Origin: Eledone cirrhosa
Lineage: Eukaryota
Reading direction: 5' to 3'
Assembly: GCA_964016885.1 (NCBI GenBank)
Contig: OZ024746.1
Span: 83,452,001 to 83,516,000 of the forward strand
DNA: 64,000 nucleotides
In this document: piece after piece, positions 37,907 to 51,347 of the stretch
Layout of the letters: the number at the start of each line of letters is the position of its first letter
Numbering within the stretch: the stretch's first letter is position 1
Notes under the pieces: model-generated
Database searches by the model: none
The model's input: the letters and a program-made list of their open reading frames with translations, nothing else
What the model was told of the DNA's origin: nothing
Program-made: the position numbers and the translations under genes

Positions 37907-39057
37907 TTAAGAGAAGTAAAATGAGAAGCTATGATTGTTATGTCTCACTCAAAAGTATTAGCAGAACATAAGCAAAGCAAGATGAAGCAGTTCCAACTTG
38001 GAATTGAAACTAGGCTGAAGATTTTGGTTTGTAAAGAGCTTACCAATACATTATGGTGACTACATGAAACATGTATTTATGTTGACATAAAATCTATGAC
38101 TGAAGTAGACATGTAGGGATAGGATGTGTGTTAATGTAGCCACAAGGACGTCTATATGTATGATATGTATGCTTACACATGTGTGTGTATGTGGGTGTGT
38201 ATGTGGGATGGGTGTGCATGTGGCGTGTGTGTGTATGTATATGTGTATGCGGATGTGTATATGTGTGTGTGTGTATGTATATGTGTATGCGGATGTGTAT
38301 ATGTGTGTGTGTGTATGCATGGGTACGCATGGACACATGCATGTTTAAATATGCACATGTGTAAATGTGTATGTGACAAAAAAGGAGAGAGAGAAAGAGA
38401 GAGAGAGAGATTTTACATCTCTTATTCTTTGTATCCAGGCAATATTACTTGCAAATGCTATTATATCAATCAAAGAAAGAAATAATGAGAGAGAGAAGGG
38501 AGGGAGTGAGAGAAGGGGAGAGAAAGGAGAAAGGGTGAGTGAAGGAGAGAGAAAGAAGAGGGATGGTAATTCAGGCAGGTAGACATAGACAGGTAAAGAA
38601 TATATATCTACTAGAATTAATGTAGAGAGATGCAGGAAGTAAGATGACAATCTTTTATATACATTGAATGGCAGAACAACATGGAAATCTTTGAAATCTT
38701 TTGTAAAATCAATGAAAAGAAAGACCAGAAATAAACAAAACACAAAAAAAAAAACAAAAGGAAAAATTAAACAAAGAAACAACTAACAAATAAAACAAAG
38801 CAAAACTTCAGAAAAGAAAAACCAAAGAATAAGAATAAATAAAAAACGCCCAGCCAAGCCAAAATAGCTTCTGACCTTCATAGATCTTCAACAGCTTAGA
38901 TATGGTTAGCTTAGAGCATTTATCATTCATTGTTTATGACTAAGAATGATCCATTTTATGGCTCTGGGTTGTTATTGTGTTTTTGTTGTTGTTTTGTTAT
39001 TTTTTGCACCATTATCTCGACTTAAAACAAAGCACATACACACACGTACAATAATAA

Positions 39058-39457
39058 TAATTGTTTCTACTTTTGGCACAAGGCCAGCAATTACCCAGTA
39101 CTTTACTGGTACTTTATTTTATCGACCCCGTAAGGATGAAAGGCAAAGTTGACCTCAGCGGGGTTTGAACTCAGAATGGAAAGGGTCGTAACTCTATGCG
39201 TCAAAGCATGGTGTCCGACTCTCTACCGATACTGCCAATCCAATGGTTTCTTATATAGGCACAAGGCCAGTTATATGGGGGAGGGGAAAGTCGATTAAAT
39301 CAACCCCAGTACGTTACTGGTTCTTTATTTTATCGACCCTGTAAGGATGAAAGGCAAAGTTAACCTCAGTGGGATTTGAACTCAGACCGCAAAGGGCTAT
39401 AACTCTATGCTGCAAAGTATGGTGTCCAACCCTCTACCGATACTGCCAATCTACCAC
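39058..39457 (-). mobile_element. Two tandem S1 SINEs (short variant abutting the tail of a long variant)
   Basis: Copies at about 39058-39243 and 39245-39457. The second contains the extra GGGGGAGGGGAAAGTCGATTAAATC segment. Confidence 0.85.
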
Positions 39458-39989
39458 ACTATTATTATAATTTGTTTTTAAATGTTTATTTTCTATCTTA
39501 CTGCATGGGACCTTCAACAAATATTTTCAACTATAGGCTCAGGTTGAGTAATGCCTAGTGAGTGAATTAGGTGGACGGAAACTGTATAAAGCCCATCATA
39601 TGTACGTATATCATCATCATCATCATTTTACGTCCACTTTTCCCTGCTTACAAGGGTGGGAGAGGTCCTATTCAGCACAACATCTCTCCATTCGTCACGG
39701 TCCTTTGTCATCTCCTCCATGAGCTTCAGCGATCTGAGGTCAGCTCTCACCACCTCTACCCATGTTTTTCGTGTCTTCTTCTACTGTGTCTTCCTTCTAC
39801 TGGGATTTCTTGGCACTTCTTTACCCAGTGTTAGATCTTCATTACATTTATTGAGGTGTGATGCGAGCTTCGCGACGGATCAGCACATGGTTTGATCTGT
39901 ATTGTTCTGGTGTATCTACAGTAACTGGACATAACAATCCCTAGATATATATATAAAGTGACAATAAGAAGTTTTTTGTAAATTTTATT

Positions 39990-40077
39990 TCATATTACAA
40001 TTGTTTCTGTATCAATCAGCTCGGATTTGATCATACAATCGGATCCCAACTCTTAATCGATACTTCTTCAGATATGA
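39990..40077 (-). ncRNA. Minimal type I hammerhead ribozyme motif (family C)
   Basis: Minus strand: TCATAT-CTGAAGA-A-GTATCGATTA...TGATTGATAC-A-GAAAC-AATT-GTA-ATATGA. Stem I is 6 bp, stem II is 10 bp, and the stem III region ACAATTGT is self-complementary. Confidence 0.75.
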
Positions 40078-40479
40078 GAGTTTACATATATATATAGGAT
40101 CCTCCAATCGTGTCAAGGGCATGACAACCTCTCTAGTGTTGGCAATTTATATGATAAACCCACTCAGTACCCCAGTACATGCTGTCAAGTAGTAGGTGAT
40201 AGGAAGGGCATCCAACCATAGATATCTTGCCAAACAAAAGGTTGGGAAGACTCTCAGTTGTGTCAAAAGCATGACAACCTCTCCTCAGCACCTGATGGAA
40301 CATGAGACCGTATATAAGGGAGATATATATCCTTGGCTTGCCTGGGAGATCAGTGGCTCTGCTTCAGTACGCATTTGGTCAATATAGACCCATCCAATGC
40401 TTGCTAGCAGGGAAAGTGGACGTTAAAACGGCAATGATGATGTGATGATACACATATATTAAATACATATGTATATATG

Positions 40480-40515
<36 letters not shown>

Positions 40516-42004
40516 CATACATACATATATATATGTATATGTGTGTGTGTGTGTGTGTGTATATGCAAATGGCAAACAGAAATACCAAAGCAAATATACA
40601 CACACAGACACACAGATATATACATATATAATTTATATATATACTTTTTCTCCAAGACATGACAGTGTGGAAAATGAATGTAAAATGGTTATGATAATGA
40701 TATGTGTGTGTATGTGTGTTTCTGTTGGTGTTGATATTTACATTCTTGCAAACACACATTCACAGCTACACACACTCTGGAATAGAAGATGCCTCTTGCT
40801 TGAAGTGCTTCTGCTTGCTATGAAGGTGTTGCAAGAAAACTGTTACAGCAAATGTCACTATGACATCATGATGACACATCATGAACCATGCCTTTGTTGG
40901 TCTCTCCTAGTTGTATCATATTCTTAAGTTCTAAACCTCTTCAGGAGAAAAAGAAGAAAACCATATAATTTATTTGTGGTGGTGGTGGTGGTGGATCACT
41001 GAAATAAAGTACCAGTAATATATTGTGAGCTACACTTCTATGCCCATGAATTTATGACCTTCTGCCAGATATGGCTACATGGTGAAGAAACTTACTTCAC
41101 AACCACATAGTTTCAGGTTCAATCCCTTGGACAAAATGTCCACCTCAGGTGGCCAAAATATTTAGTGCAGTGAATTTGCTTGATCTTAAATTGATTCCAG
41201 TACATGACTGGTACTTTATTTCATCAACCACCAAGGATGAAAGGAAAATTGACATTGGTGGGATTTGGACTCAGAACATAGAGAGCTGGAACAAATACAG
41301 CTAGGTACTTTGTCCAATGCTCAAATGATTTTGTCAGTCCATCACTCTTGCCAAAATAATTGTTTCCAGCTATAGAAACCAAGCTAGAAACAGTTCTGTT
41401 TGACTTATCTAATAATGGGACATCTCGTCTAACCCATGCTAGCATGGAAAAATGGATGTTAAACAGTGATGATGATGATGATTTGATTGATTTGGAAGGT
41501 AGAATTGATTAGCAGAATCCTTAGAATGTCAGATGAAATGCATTGCCATATTTTGTTACAGCTTTCTACAGTCTGGTTTCAAACTCCACTGAGATCAACT
41601 TTGTTTTTCATTCTTCTAAGATCAATAAAATAATGTACCAGTAAAGTACTGGGGTCAGTATAAGTGACTTTCCCATTCCCCTAAATATTATTGACCATGG
41701 GCTTTAATTAAGGATCATTACAGCAGTAGATATAACTTTGCCTTTCCCCTAAATATTTCATCCTTACGAGGTCGATAAAATAAAGTACCAGTAATGTACT
41801 GGGTAATTGCTGGCCTTGTGCCAAAAGTAGAAACAATTATTGACCATGAACCTAAATTAGGAACCATTACAGCAGCAGATATGACTTTGCCTTTCCCTTA
41901 AATATTGTTGGCTTTGAGCCTAAATTAGGAGCCATTAGGACAATGGATTGGCAGAATATTTAGGGCATCAGACAAAATGTATCATGGCATTATAGTTACT
42001 TTAT

Positions 42005-42197
42005 AGGGCGATGGATTGGCAGTATTGGTAGAGGGTCGGACACCATGCTTTGCAGCTTAGAGTTACGGCCCTTTATGGTCTGAGTTCAAATCCTGCCGAG
42101 GTTAACTTTACCTTTCATCCTTACGGGGTTGATAAAATAAAGTACCAGTAATACACTGGGATAATTGCTGGTCTTGTGTCAAAAGTAGAAACAATTA
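42005..42197 (+). mobile_element. Full-length S1 SINE with target-site duplication
   Basis: A and B boxes present; ATTATAGTTACTT on both sides. Other copies at about 41758-41839, 42924-43088, 43757-43858, 44400-44586 and 62133-62270. Confidence 0.88.
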
Positions 42198-43597
42198 TAG
42201 TTACTTCACATTTTGAGTTCAAATTCCATTGGTCAACTTTGCCTTTCATCCTTTCAGGATCCATAAAATAAAGTACCAGTTATACATTGGGGTCAATGAA
42301 ATCGACTTTCCCTTCCCTATAAATTGTTGATCTTGTTGAATTAAAAATAATTGTTAGATTGATTTGGGTGGTGGGTGGCACACATTAGAGCCTTCAACTT
42401 GCTAATATTTAGTTATATTCTGAACTCAAATCCTGCTGAAGTTCACTTTGTTTTGCATTGTTGGGGGTGGGGGTGAGAAAATAAGTACCATTCATGTATA
42501 TGTGGTTGATATAATTGACTGTTCTCTCCCTCAAAATGTGTGGTCATCATCATCAATGTAATGTATGTTTTCCCTGAACAAGTCAGTAGTCAACTGGAGC
42601 TACTGACATTAAAAATGGGCCAGAACCTGCATCTCACATACATTCCTACACTTTACTGAGTGTTCAAATGGGCTGGGAATCCACATCTCGTTTATATACG
42701 TTCTCACACTCTACCAAGTGTATATTATCATGGCACGAGTACTAGTGAGGTTGTCTTGTCTTTGATGCAACTAAAGAGTCCTCTCTTCATTATTTCTATT
42801 ATATTTGTAGAGTAGCAGAAACATTTAAAGTAATGAACTAAATACCTTGCTCTATAGTCATGTCCCTATATTTTGAATTAAAATCCCAGTGAGGCTTAAC
42901 TTTACCTTTTATCAATGCATTATGCGGTGGATTGGCAGTATAGGTAGAGAGTTGGACGCCATGCTTTCCAGCATAGTTATCTCTTTACAATCTGAGTTCA
43001 AATCCCGCCGAGGTTAACTTTGCCTTTCATCCTTACAGGGTCGATAAAATAAAGTACCAGTAATGTACTGGGTAATTGCTGGCTTTGTGCCAAATGTAGA
43101 AACAATTATAAATGAAATAAGTCTTATGTTTGTGTTCAATCAATTGTATCTCTCATCAACAAATTCCATGGTTGTTGTTAATGTTGTTTTATTCAGATCA
43201 GTCCTGAGCAATGATGAACCTGTCAATTTTGTATATCAGAGAGCTTACCATCCAATATAGCCCTCACTTTATAAGATATTAGGGTGATGTGAAGAAGATT
43301 TAGCTGCTATTTCTAGAAAGTTACCTCATTGGTTCTTTAAATTTCTGGTCTTGTATTAACCTGACAAATGATAAACATTAACTCAGCAATGGTAAACATT
43401 TAAGAGATCAACTACAAGAAGACCTGGTGTCAATTTCTGACAATAAGTGAAATGGGGTGTGCTGAATTGAAGAGGATTGTAAAGAGATACAATAAATTCA
43501 TGACCCACAAAGCTTGTAGGCCAATGTCTTCTGTAATTGATTATTTTGACAAAACATACACAGACATACAAACAAATCATCATGACCACCACCACTT

Positions 43598-44004
43598 GAG
43601 AGGTTCTCAAAGTGGGCACTACTGGTTCCCAGGGGCATTGAGCAGATCCATAGGGGGGGGGGGGGGGATCAAATATCAAATGATACATACTATATATAAA
43701 TATAGTAAAATAAAAAATACATAATACTTATTTATACATAAGTATATATTATATTTCGAGGTTGACTTTGCCTTTCATCCTTACGGGGTCGATAAAAATA
43801 AAGTACCAGTAATGCACTGGGTAATTGCTGGCCTTGTGCCTAACGTAGAAACAATTATTTGTTATATATAAATTAACGATTTTATTTATTATATATTATT
43901 TACAATTTGTGTGTATGCAAGGCTCTCTGGAAATAGGGGTGGGGGTGCTGAAGGTATTACGTGGCCGTGAGGTGGGGGTGGCCCAAAAAGTTTGAGAAGC
44001 TCTG
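43598..44004. mobile_element. Decayed hAT/Charlie-like non-autonomous element interrupted by an S1 SINE fragment
   Basis: Ends GAGAGGTTCTCAAA and TTTGAGAAGCTCTG, with G-rich subterminal regions. Confidence 0.6.
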
Positions 44005-44754
44005 ACCTAAACCATCATCATCATCATCATCATTATCACTATCACCATTTTCATTTTTATGTCCACTTTTCCATGCTGGCAAGGACTGAACTGGAGTGGA
44101 CCAGACTGGACTGGATACTTTGAGGCATTGTTTAACAGCTCGATGTCCTTCCTGACACCAGCCCATTTAGTCCCCTCTTATGACAAGCTGGGATAAAGTA
44201 CGTCTATTCTAAAGATTGAGATATGGATGTGTGTGTGTGTGTGTGTGCATGCTCACATGTGCATGCATGTATGTAAATATATTTGTTTGTATGTATGTAG
44301 TTATGTGTATAATTAAATAATTCTATACCACTGTATCATACAACTATCCAAGTAGATATTTGAGATCCTGTGTAACATCATGTTACGGATTTAATTATAT
44401 TTGTTTCTACTTTAGGCACAAGGCCAGCAAATACCCAGTTCATTAATGGTACTTTATTTTATCGACCCCGTAAGGATGAAAGGCAAAGTTAACCTCGGCG
44501 GGATTTGAACTCAGATCGTAAAGGGACGTAACTATGCTGGAAAGCATGGCGTCCGACCCTCTACCGATACTGCCAATCCACCGCCTTTAATTATATTGTT
44601 AGTTATCTGCATACACATATAGCAGATTTTACATACTTCAGGGCAAGTACATATTGAGCTCTTTAATACAGATACATACAAATAGATATATATTAATAGC
44701 TGTATATATGTATGTATGTATGTGTGTGTGTATATATATATATACACACACACA

Positions 44755-44925
44755 CAGGGTGTCCCCCAAAAATGTATACACACTTTGACTACCTGTACAG
44801 GCAATATTTATTAGAATGTAAAGTAGTCGGCATAAGGAAGGCAATATTTATTAGAATGCTGAGCATTCTAATAAATATTGCCTGTACAGGTAATCAAAGT
44901 GTGTATACATTTTTTGGGGACACCC

Positions 44926-44927
<2 letters not shown>
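44755..44927. mobile_element. Tc1/mariner-type palindromic MITE with an internal templated insertion
   Basis: Long near-perfect arms CAGGGTGTCCCCCAAAAATGTATACACACTTTGA... The left arm has a duplicated 19-mer around a foreign 21-mer. Confidence 0.88.
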
Positions 44928-44964
<37 letters not shown>

Positions 44965-45012
44965 TTATATGTGTATATATATATATTTATATATATATAA
45001 TTATATATATAT

Positions 45013-47350
45013 GCTTCAGCGGATGTGTGATGTTAATGTGCATGAACGGCAAAACATGGATGAGCTGAAAGAAAAGCTGAATATAAGAGGAATCAAATGT
45101 TGTCTGCAAGAGAGAACATTGCATTGGTATGGCCATGTGATGTTCACGAAGGATGATTGATTGTTCGGTGAAGAAGTGCCAGGGGCTCCCAGTGGAAGGA
45201 AGCTACAGCAGAGGAATGCCAAAGAAAATCTGGGCAGAGGTGGTGAGAATGGATCACAAAACACTGAACCTCATAGGGGAAATAACAAAAGAACGAAATA
45301 TGTAGAGGTGGGGGTGTTGCACTGGAAAAGACCTATCCAACCCATGCATGGGAAAACAGACACAAAAAGAATGAGAATGATGATGATGACAATGTTATAT
45401 TTTTGTCACGATCATCATTATTGTCTCTGTTTTATATTTATTTTCCATGCTTGCATGGGTTAGATGCTGAGGCCAGACTGATGAGGTGACCACGTCCTGC
45501 TTGTACCCACTATTTGGCTTGGTCTCTATGGATTCCTTATGCCCTTCCTTATGCCGACTACTTTACAGTGTGTACTGGGACCATTTTATTGCATCAATGA
45601 ACTGAGTGAACCTAGGCGTAAGAGGGATCAGATGCAATATGCAAGAGGGGAGATTATGGTGGCATGGACATGTGATGTGTATGGAGGATGACAGAAGTTG
45701 AAAGAAACTATGGAAAAGGAAGACCAGGAAAACTTGGGATGAAGTGATAAAAGCTGACCTTTTACAATTAAACCTTTCAACAGTGATGACACAGGATTGA
45801 GACCTCTGGCAATAGGCTGTACTGCAGAAGACCCGCCTTCTCATGTGCACGAGATGAAGCAAACATCTAGCGGACACTAGTCTGCACCAATCTAAACCTC
45901 CCCCTCCCTACCCATACACCTTCCCACATCTTAATACTCACCCATCCCCAGCCTGCATACTCATCTCACCCCTCTCCTCTTCCACACCTCATGTCCAACC
46001 ATGCATACAAGCATGGAAAGCTAAACAAGCTCCACACCTGTTCTTGCACAGTCCTGCCACCATACAAAAAACACTTAGGCCACCCTGTAAAGTGGTTGTG
46101 CTGATGACACAAAAAGCACCCAGTCTACCCTATAAGGTGGTCATGGAGAGGACATGACAAAAAGCACTCTGTCCACCCTGTAATGGAGGTCATGCTGGGG
46201 AAATAGATTCCCTCAAATAGCTTGGAGGCTCCCTTGTTGTTGACATCTTTTGTTACCAAGAGCAGTGGTCACCAACCTTTCAGACTTCACGGACCTCTAA
46301 ATTCATAATTTTAAATCCTGCGGCTACTAATATGAATTAATGGTCAATGGTCGAAACAATACTGAGTGTACCTGTGTCATATTGTCGATAGATGATACAT
46401 ATGTGTAAAATTCTTTCATGGATGTTAGTTCTTTACTGAGGAGAAACATTTTTTAGGGGTGTTATAAAATATAACTGAATATCATTTTAATTTTATTATT
46501 AATAAAACATAAAAATTGCAAATAATGTCCAAATTTTTCTGCAGACCACCCAAATTTTCTCTTGGACCACCAGTGGTCTGTGGACCACCGGTTGGCGACC
46601 ACTGACCTAGATGGTATAATCAGCAGTGGGGTAGGATGCTCTGAAGGTGTGGTAGGCAGAGTAAGAAGAAGTTTAGAGAGTTAGTATCTCTGTCTGCTAA
46701 CAAGTGAAGGGCTGACTGTATGATGTCTGCAAACAAACTGCAATGCTGCATGTCTGTGAGACATAGGCCTTGACTGAAGAAGACCTGCAAAGGCTAGAAA
46801 GAAATGAAGTGTGCTCTGATGGCTGAGTAATATTTGGATGCATGCACCGAAAGGAAAATTTGGCATAAGAAGAATCAAATATAGTGTGCAAGAGAGAAGA
46901 CTGCATTGGAATGAAGATATGATGTATATAGATGACAGCTGTATAAAGAAGAGAAAATCTCAAGGAATAGGATTTGTGGAAGAGGTAGTCCAAATAAGAC
47001 ACGAGCCAAGGGTGGTTGAAGAATTTCTAAATTGGGAACAAATTTGGTCAATTTAGTTGTAGTGATTAATTTAGCTGTTATTATCAAATATCAACCAAGA
47101 TATAAAAAAAAACTTTGATATGTGATGAACATAACATGTACACAAATTGTAATGCATATACAAATTAGATGTGTTTTGATAGTTTTTTGAAAAAAATTTT
47201 TTTTTTTAGGTGTGGCATGCCCCCTCTCCCCAGTTCCACTGCCCCTGGAGATGAAGCATGGAAATCCAACCTTAGGAAGTTGAATCTCACAACAGAGATG
47301 ACAAAGGGGTGCAAAGATTGGCAACATAGTACAGAAGAAGACTTGCCTAC
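45013..47350 (+). mobile_element. Cluster of decayed RTE LINE 3' fragments
   Basis: Several frameshifted relics of LREKLxIRGIxCxxQERRLxWYGHV at about 45013-45390, 45590-45860, 46220-47010 and 47215-47350. Confidence 0.75.
46263..46604. mobile_element. hAT/Charlie-like non-autonomous element inserted in an RTE relic
   Basis: TIRs CAGTGGTCACCAACC / GGTTGGCGACCACTG; decayed 8-bp TSD ACCAAGAG / ACCTAGAT. Removing the element rejoins the RTE FCYL-xxIISSG motif. Confidence 0.85.
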
Positions 47351-47879
47351 CAGTGTAAAAATATGATGGTGATCTGACCCCTCTGCCATTTTCCTTAGTG
47401 TACAGCCCACTCCAGTACCCACTTCGTCCAGTATCCTCTCCACCCCTTTTACAACATATCAGCTATAACTCCTTAGTAGTTATTCCCATTATCACTCAGT
47501 CTAAGGTCACAACTCTCTCATATAATAAAAAGGACGAGGTGTTAGATCTTCATTACATTTCTGGTCCGCCTCTGGAATCAAAAGCTCGTTCGACTTCTGT
47601 TATATATACTGCAACTGTGTTCGTAATTTTTTTTTTTTTTTTTTAGATATATATATTAATAAATGTTCCGCATTCTTACAATAGTGATTTCAAACATAAG
47701 CACAAAGCCACAATTTTTCGAAAAAGTTATAGTTGATTAGATAAACCTCAGTTCATAACTGGTACTTACTTATTTTATCGACCTCAGAGGGATTTTTTAA
47801 ACCAAATTAATGGGTTCATTTTCAAAGTTTGTTCTTTGAGAAAAAATAACAAGTATCCTTCTCTATGAATAGAGAAGAT

Positions 47880-49094
47880 ATTAAAAAATAAAAATAAGTG
47901 GGCGGTGACCCGTACACTCCGTATCACAGATCACAACAAGTAGCGCTGGAGTTTCTCTCGAATAATTTTTGAGGCAAGCCAACACACCCGCAGGGTGGCT
48001 GCGGGTGATTGCGAGGCTAAGATGCTGGAACAACCAAGCACCGTCGCGACAATACATCAAAGAAATTTATCTGGTATACAACAGAAATTAAAAAGAAACA
48101 TAAACAAAACAATACAATCTGTTGCCGATAGTAAGGTTTTTTGTTTTTGTTTTTAAAGATTAACATCTTTAAATGGTTTTCTTTTGGATCAAGACAAAAT
48201 ATTGAACAACAAATTCATTGATAGCAATTTTGACATTCTTCCTATGTACTAGATCTTAAAGTATTAACGAAAGCCACTGTTGCTGCGAACTACGGATAAA
48301 TAAATATATTTAATAAAAAAAAAACCGCACATGAAATATATTGAAATCATGTTACATTAAAATACCACTTGAAAGAAGAGAAATATTTATAGAGAAGCTG
48401 GAAATTAAAAATTCAAATGAAATAAGAAAGATTGGAGCGAAAGTAAACAGTAAACAATCCTTGAAAACAAACTTGCTAGGTTGTTACTGTTTATCTCTTG
48501 TCTCTTTCTATGACGTCACATTCAGACCAAAACATTGAGGAAGCATCCACATGGTCCTTTTTACGTGTGCAAAGCTTCTTTTTATTGGTTACTTCCCCTG
48601 ATAGCTTACGACTACTGTTAGCCTATTCAAGAGATCACTACGGAGATATTAGATTGTTTGAGAAAATAGAAAGCCGTCATAAGAAGTATACAAAGACTAT
48701 TTCTAGAGCCATGTGTTATTGGAAAGTTTTTATTCAGCGAATTATATCGACTTCTATTTTGTTGCGGTTCAAATGAAGCAATTTTTGCGTCATCGAATTG
48801 AACCAATCGGAGATCGCGTTACAAAAAAGCTGTGTATTCTCGAGTTCCCTTTTGTGTTGAGATTAACCACAACATAAATAGACAGAGAGAGCGAACAAGT
48901 GAAAGAAAGATAATAAGTCCATGTATGCTTGTTTCCTATGTAGTTCACAACACAGTTTTGGCAGCAACTGCGACTATTTACTTACCTCGGGTTTATTACA
49001 ATGTCCCAAGACTTCCTGCTGTTACTGCCTGATATTGCATCTAGCTGCACATGATGTGAAGTACTACTGCCTGGAGAGCTTTCCCAAGGTAAGT
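47880..49094 (+). promoter_or_regulatory. CpG-enriched, repeat-poor promoter-like region ending in a consensus splice donor
   Basis: TGACGTCA (CRE site) at 48511-48518, ATTGG at 48584, CCAAT at 48803, many CpGs, and AAG|GTAAGT at 49089. Confidence 0.5.
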
Positions 49095-49904
49095 CCACAC
49101 TTATACATACATACATACATATACATATCACCACTATTAACAATAACAACGGAATTATAGTGTATCCAGATAACCTGATGCGTTATTTATTGTTAAATAA
49201 GCGCTGCTGCATTTACTAAAAGAACCTTACGTATGTATTTCTCGACAAAAACAAAAACATACACACTTCTTTTTTATTATTTATTATCTTTTCAACCACA
49301 TCACAGCCTTTTGTTGCTGTTGTCCACTCCCAGTCTCTGATTTATTATAGTAAATAAATAAAAAATAAATGTATATACACATTTCATATACCATCAAATG
49401 ATAATATATAATATTTTAAAAAAATAAAGAAAAAACCTTAAACAAGCGTACGATTTTTAACATAAACATGTACACGGGTACTAAACCAATATTTGATGCA
49501 TGAGGATATTAATATTACGAAACTGAAGTTTGTCTTTTATTGTATGTGTGATGGTGTTATCTTGATGAATGTTTATTCTCGTTCGTCTACGTCTATCCTA
49601 CTTAGTTTCTATGGCTTTCGTTTTTCTTCAGAAATAGATACACGGGAGGGCGAGGGACAGAGCTGGCCCTGTTTTGTTTGTTGTGGTTTGAAGATGAAGG
49701 CTCTTTGTTGCGTAGCAAGTCTTGCTTTTTCACGAACCATAGATTTTTGTTTGTTATTTATTTATTTTGTTATGATTATCATTATCTCTGGTTTATAGTT
49801 TAAGGTCATGGTTTTATTTGTGTATTTACGATGTGTTTGTTTATATTTATCGTGAGTCAAAGAACAGCATGTATTTTTGTCCACTGCCACACTTGTTAAA
49901 TATA

Positions 49905-50037
49905 ATATATATATATATATATCTGTGTGTGTATATATATCTGTGTGTGTGTATATATATCTGTGTGTGTGTATATATATCTGTGTGTGTGTATATATAT
50001 CTATATCTGTGTGTGTGTGTGTCTATATATCTATATT

Positions 50038-50086
<49 letters not shown>

Positions 50087-50126
50087 ATATATATGTATCT
50101 GTGTTGTGTGTGTGTATATATATATC

Positions 50127-50209
<83 letters not shown>

Positions 50210-50232
50210 ATTTGTATATCTGTGTGTGTGTA
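49905..50232. repeat. Compound (GT)n/(TA)n microsatellite with a 20-bp higher-order unit
   Basis: CTGTGTGTGTGTATATATAT repeated, then degenerating. Confidence 0.9.
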
Positions 50233-50931
50233 TAAACATTGTATATAAACGCTGTCCCCCCTCCCTCTCTCCTATGTATATATAATATACATACATATAT
50301 AAACGCTCTGTCTGTTTGTTTTCTCCCCCTCACTCTTTATGCGTGTATATATATATACATAAATATGTTACACATTCTTCCTTTATATATTCGTGTGTAC
50401 ACGCTATTATAATCTTGCTATGCACACACATATATATAGGTTTCTTTTATGGTTTCCTCAATATTTCTCATGTTAACCTGTGTCTGTTATTGTATTGGAT
50501 TTTTTTTTCTTGTTCTTGTACGATTCATTTGACGCAGGTTCGTCAAAGTAGTGCAAGGTTTTAAGTGTGTATATGTAATGTGCCAGTGGTATCATCAAGT
50601 AATATCCAGACAAGTCTGGGCTGCCTTGTTGGCAAGACTGCGCATCTCTAGAGAGGTTGAGAGAGAGAGAGAGAGACAGGCAGGACTATAGCTAAGCAGT
50701 TTGTTGTCAATCACTCCTCTAGCCCTATATCAGACACTTTCATGATGGTGGTTGTTATGATGATACAACTATATATTTATTCAACAGATACGTCTGCAAC
50801 AGAAATAGATAAAAGAATTATAATTAGAATTAAAAGTCAAATGTATATAATGCTAAAATATGATGGTGATGATGATAAAAAAATTATTAGTGCGCACCTG
50901 CTTGCTTTTGTTATGTATATACACACACATA

Positions 50932-50978
<47 letters not shown>

Positions 50979-51294
50979 TTTCCATGGCGAATTTATCCGA
51001 TTAGGAACATCTCTCGTATGTCAATAAAACCTATCTTAGATATGTCAATGTTTAGTTATTTCGTTGATATAAAAACAGCAGCTCAGACAAGGGACATGTG
51101 AAATAAACAGATAGAGAAACAAACAAAGCATACATTCATTCATACATACACGTACAAATAAACTGATCAGTTGATATGCACTGTTCACAGTTAATCTGTA
51201 AGCGGAACAATCAAAATATGCGAGACGTTTCTAAAATTATGTTCTTGTTAAATTCTAACAAAACTAACTCTTCCTTCGAAGAAACAAAAAAAAT

Positions 51295-51347
<53 letters not shown>

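Noticed and set aside
47881-48057. 58-codon minus-strand ORF MYCRDGAWLF...
   Set aside because: No recognisable motif; the length is compatible with chance in a locally GC-richer patch.
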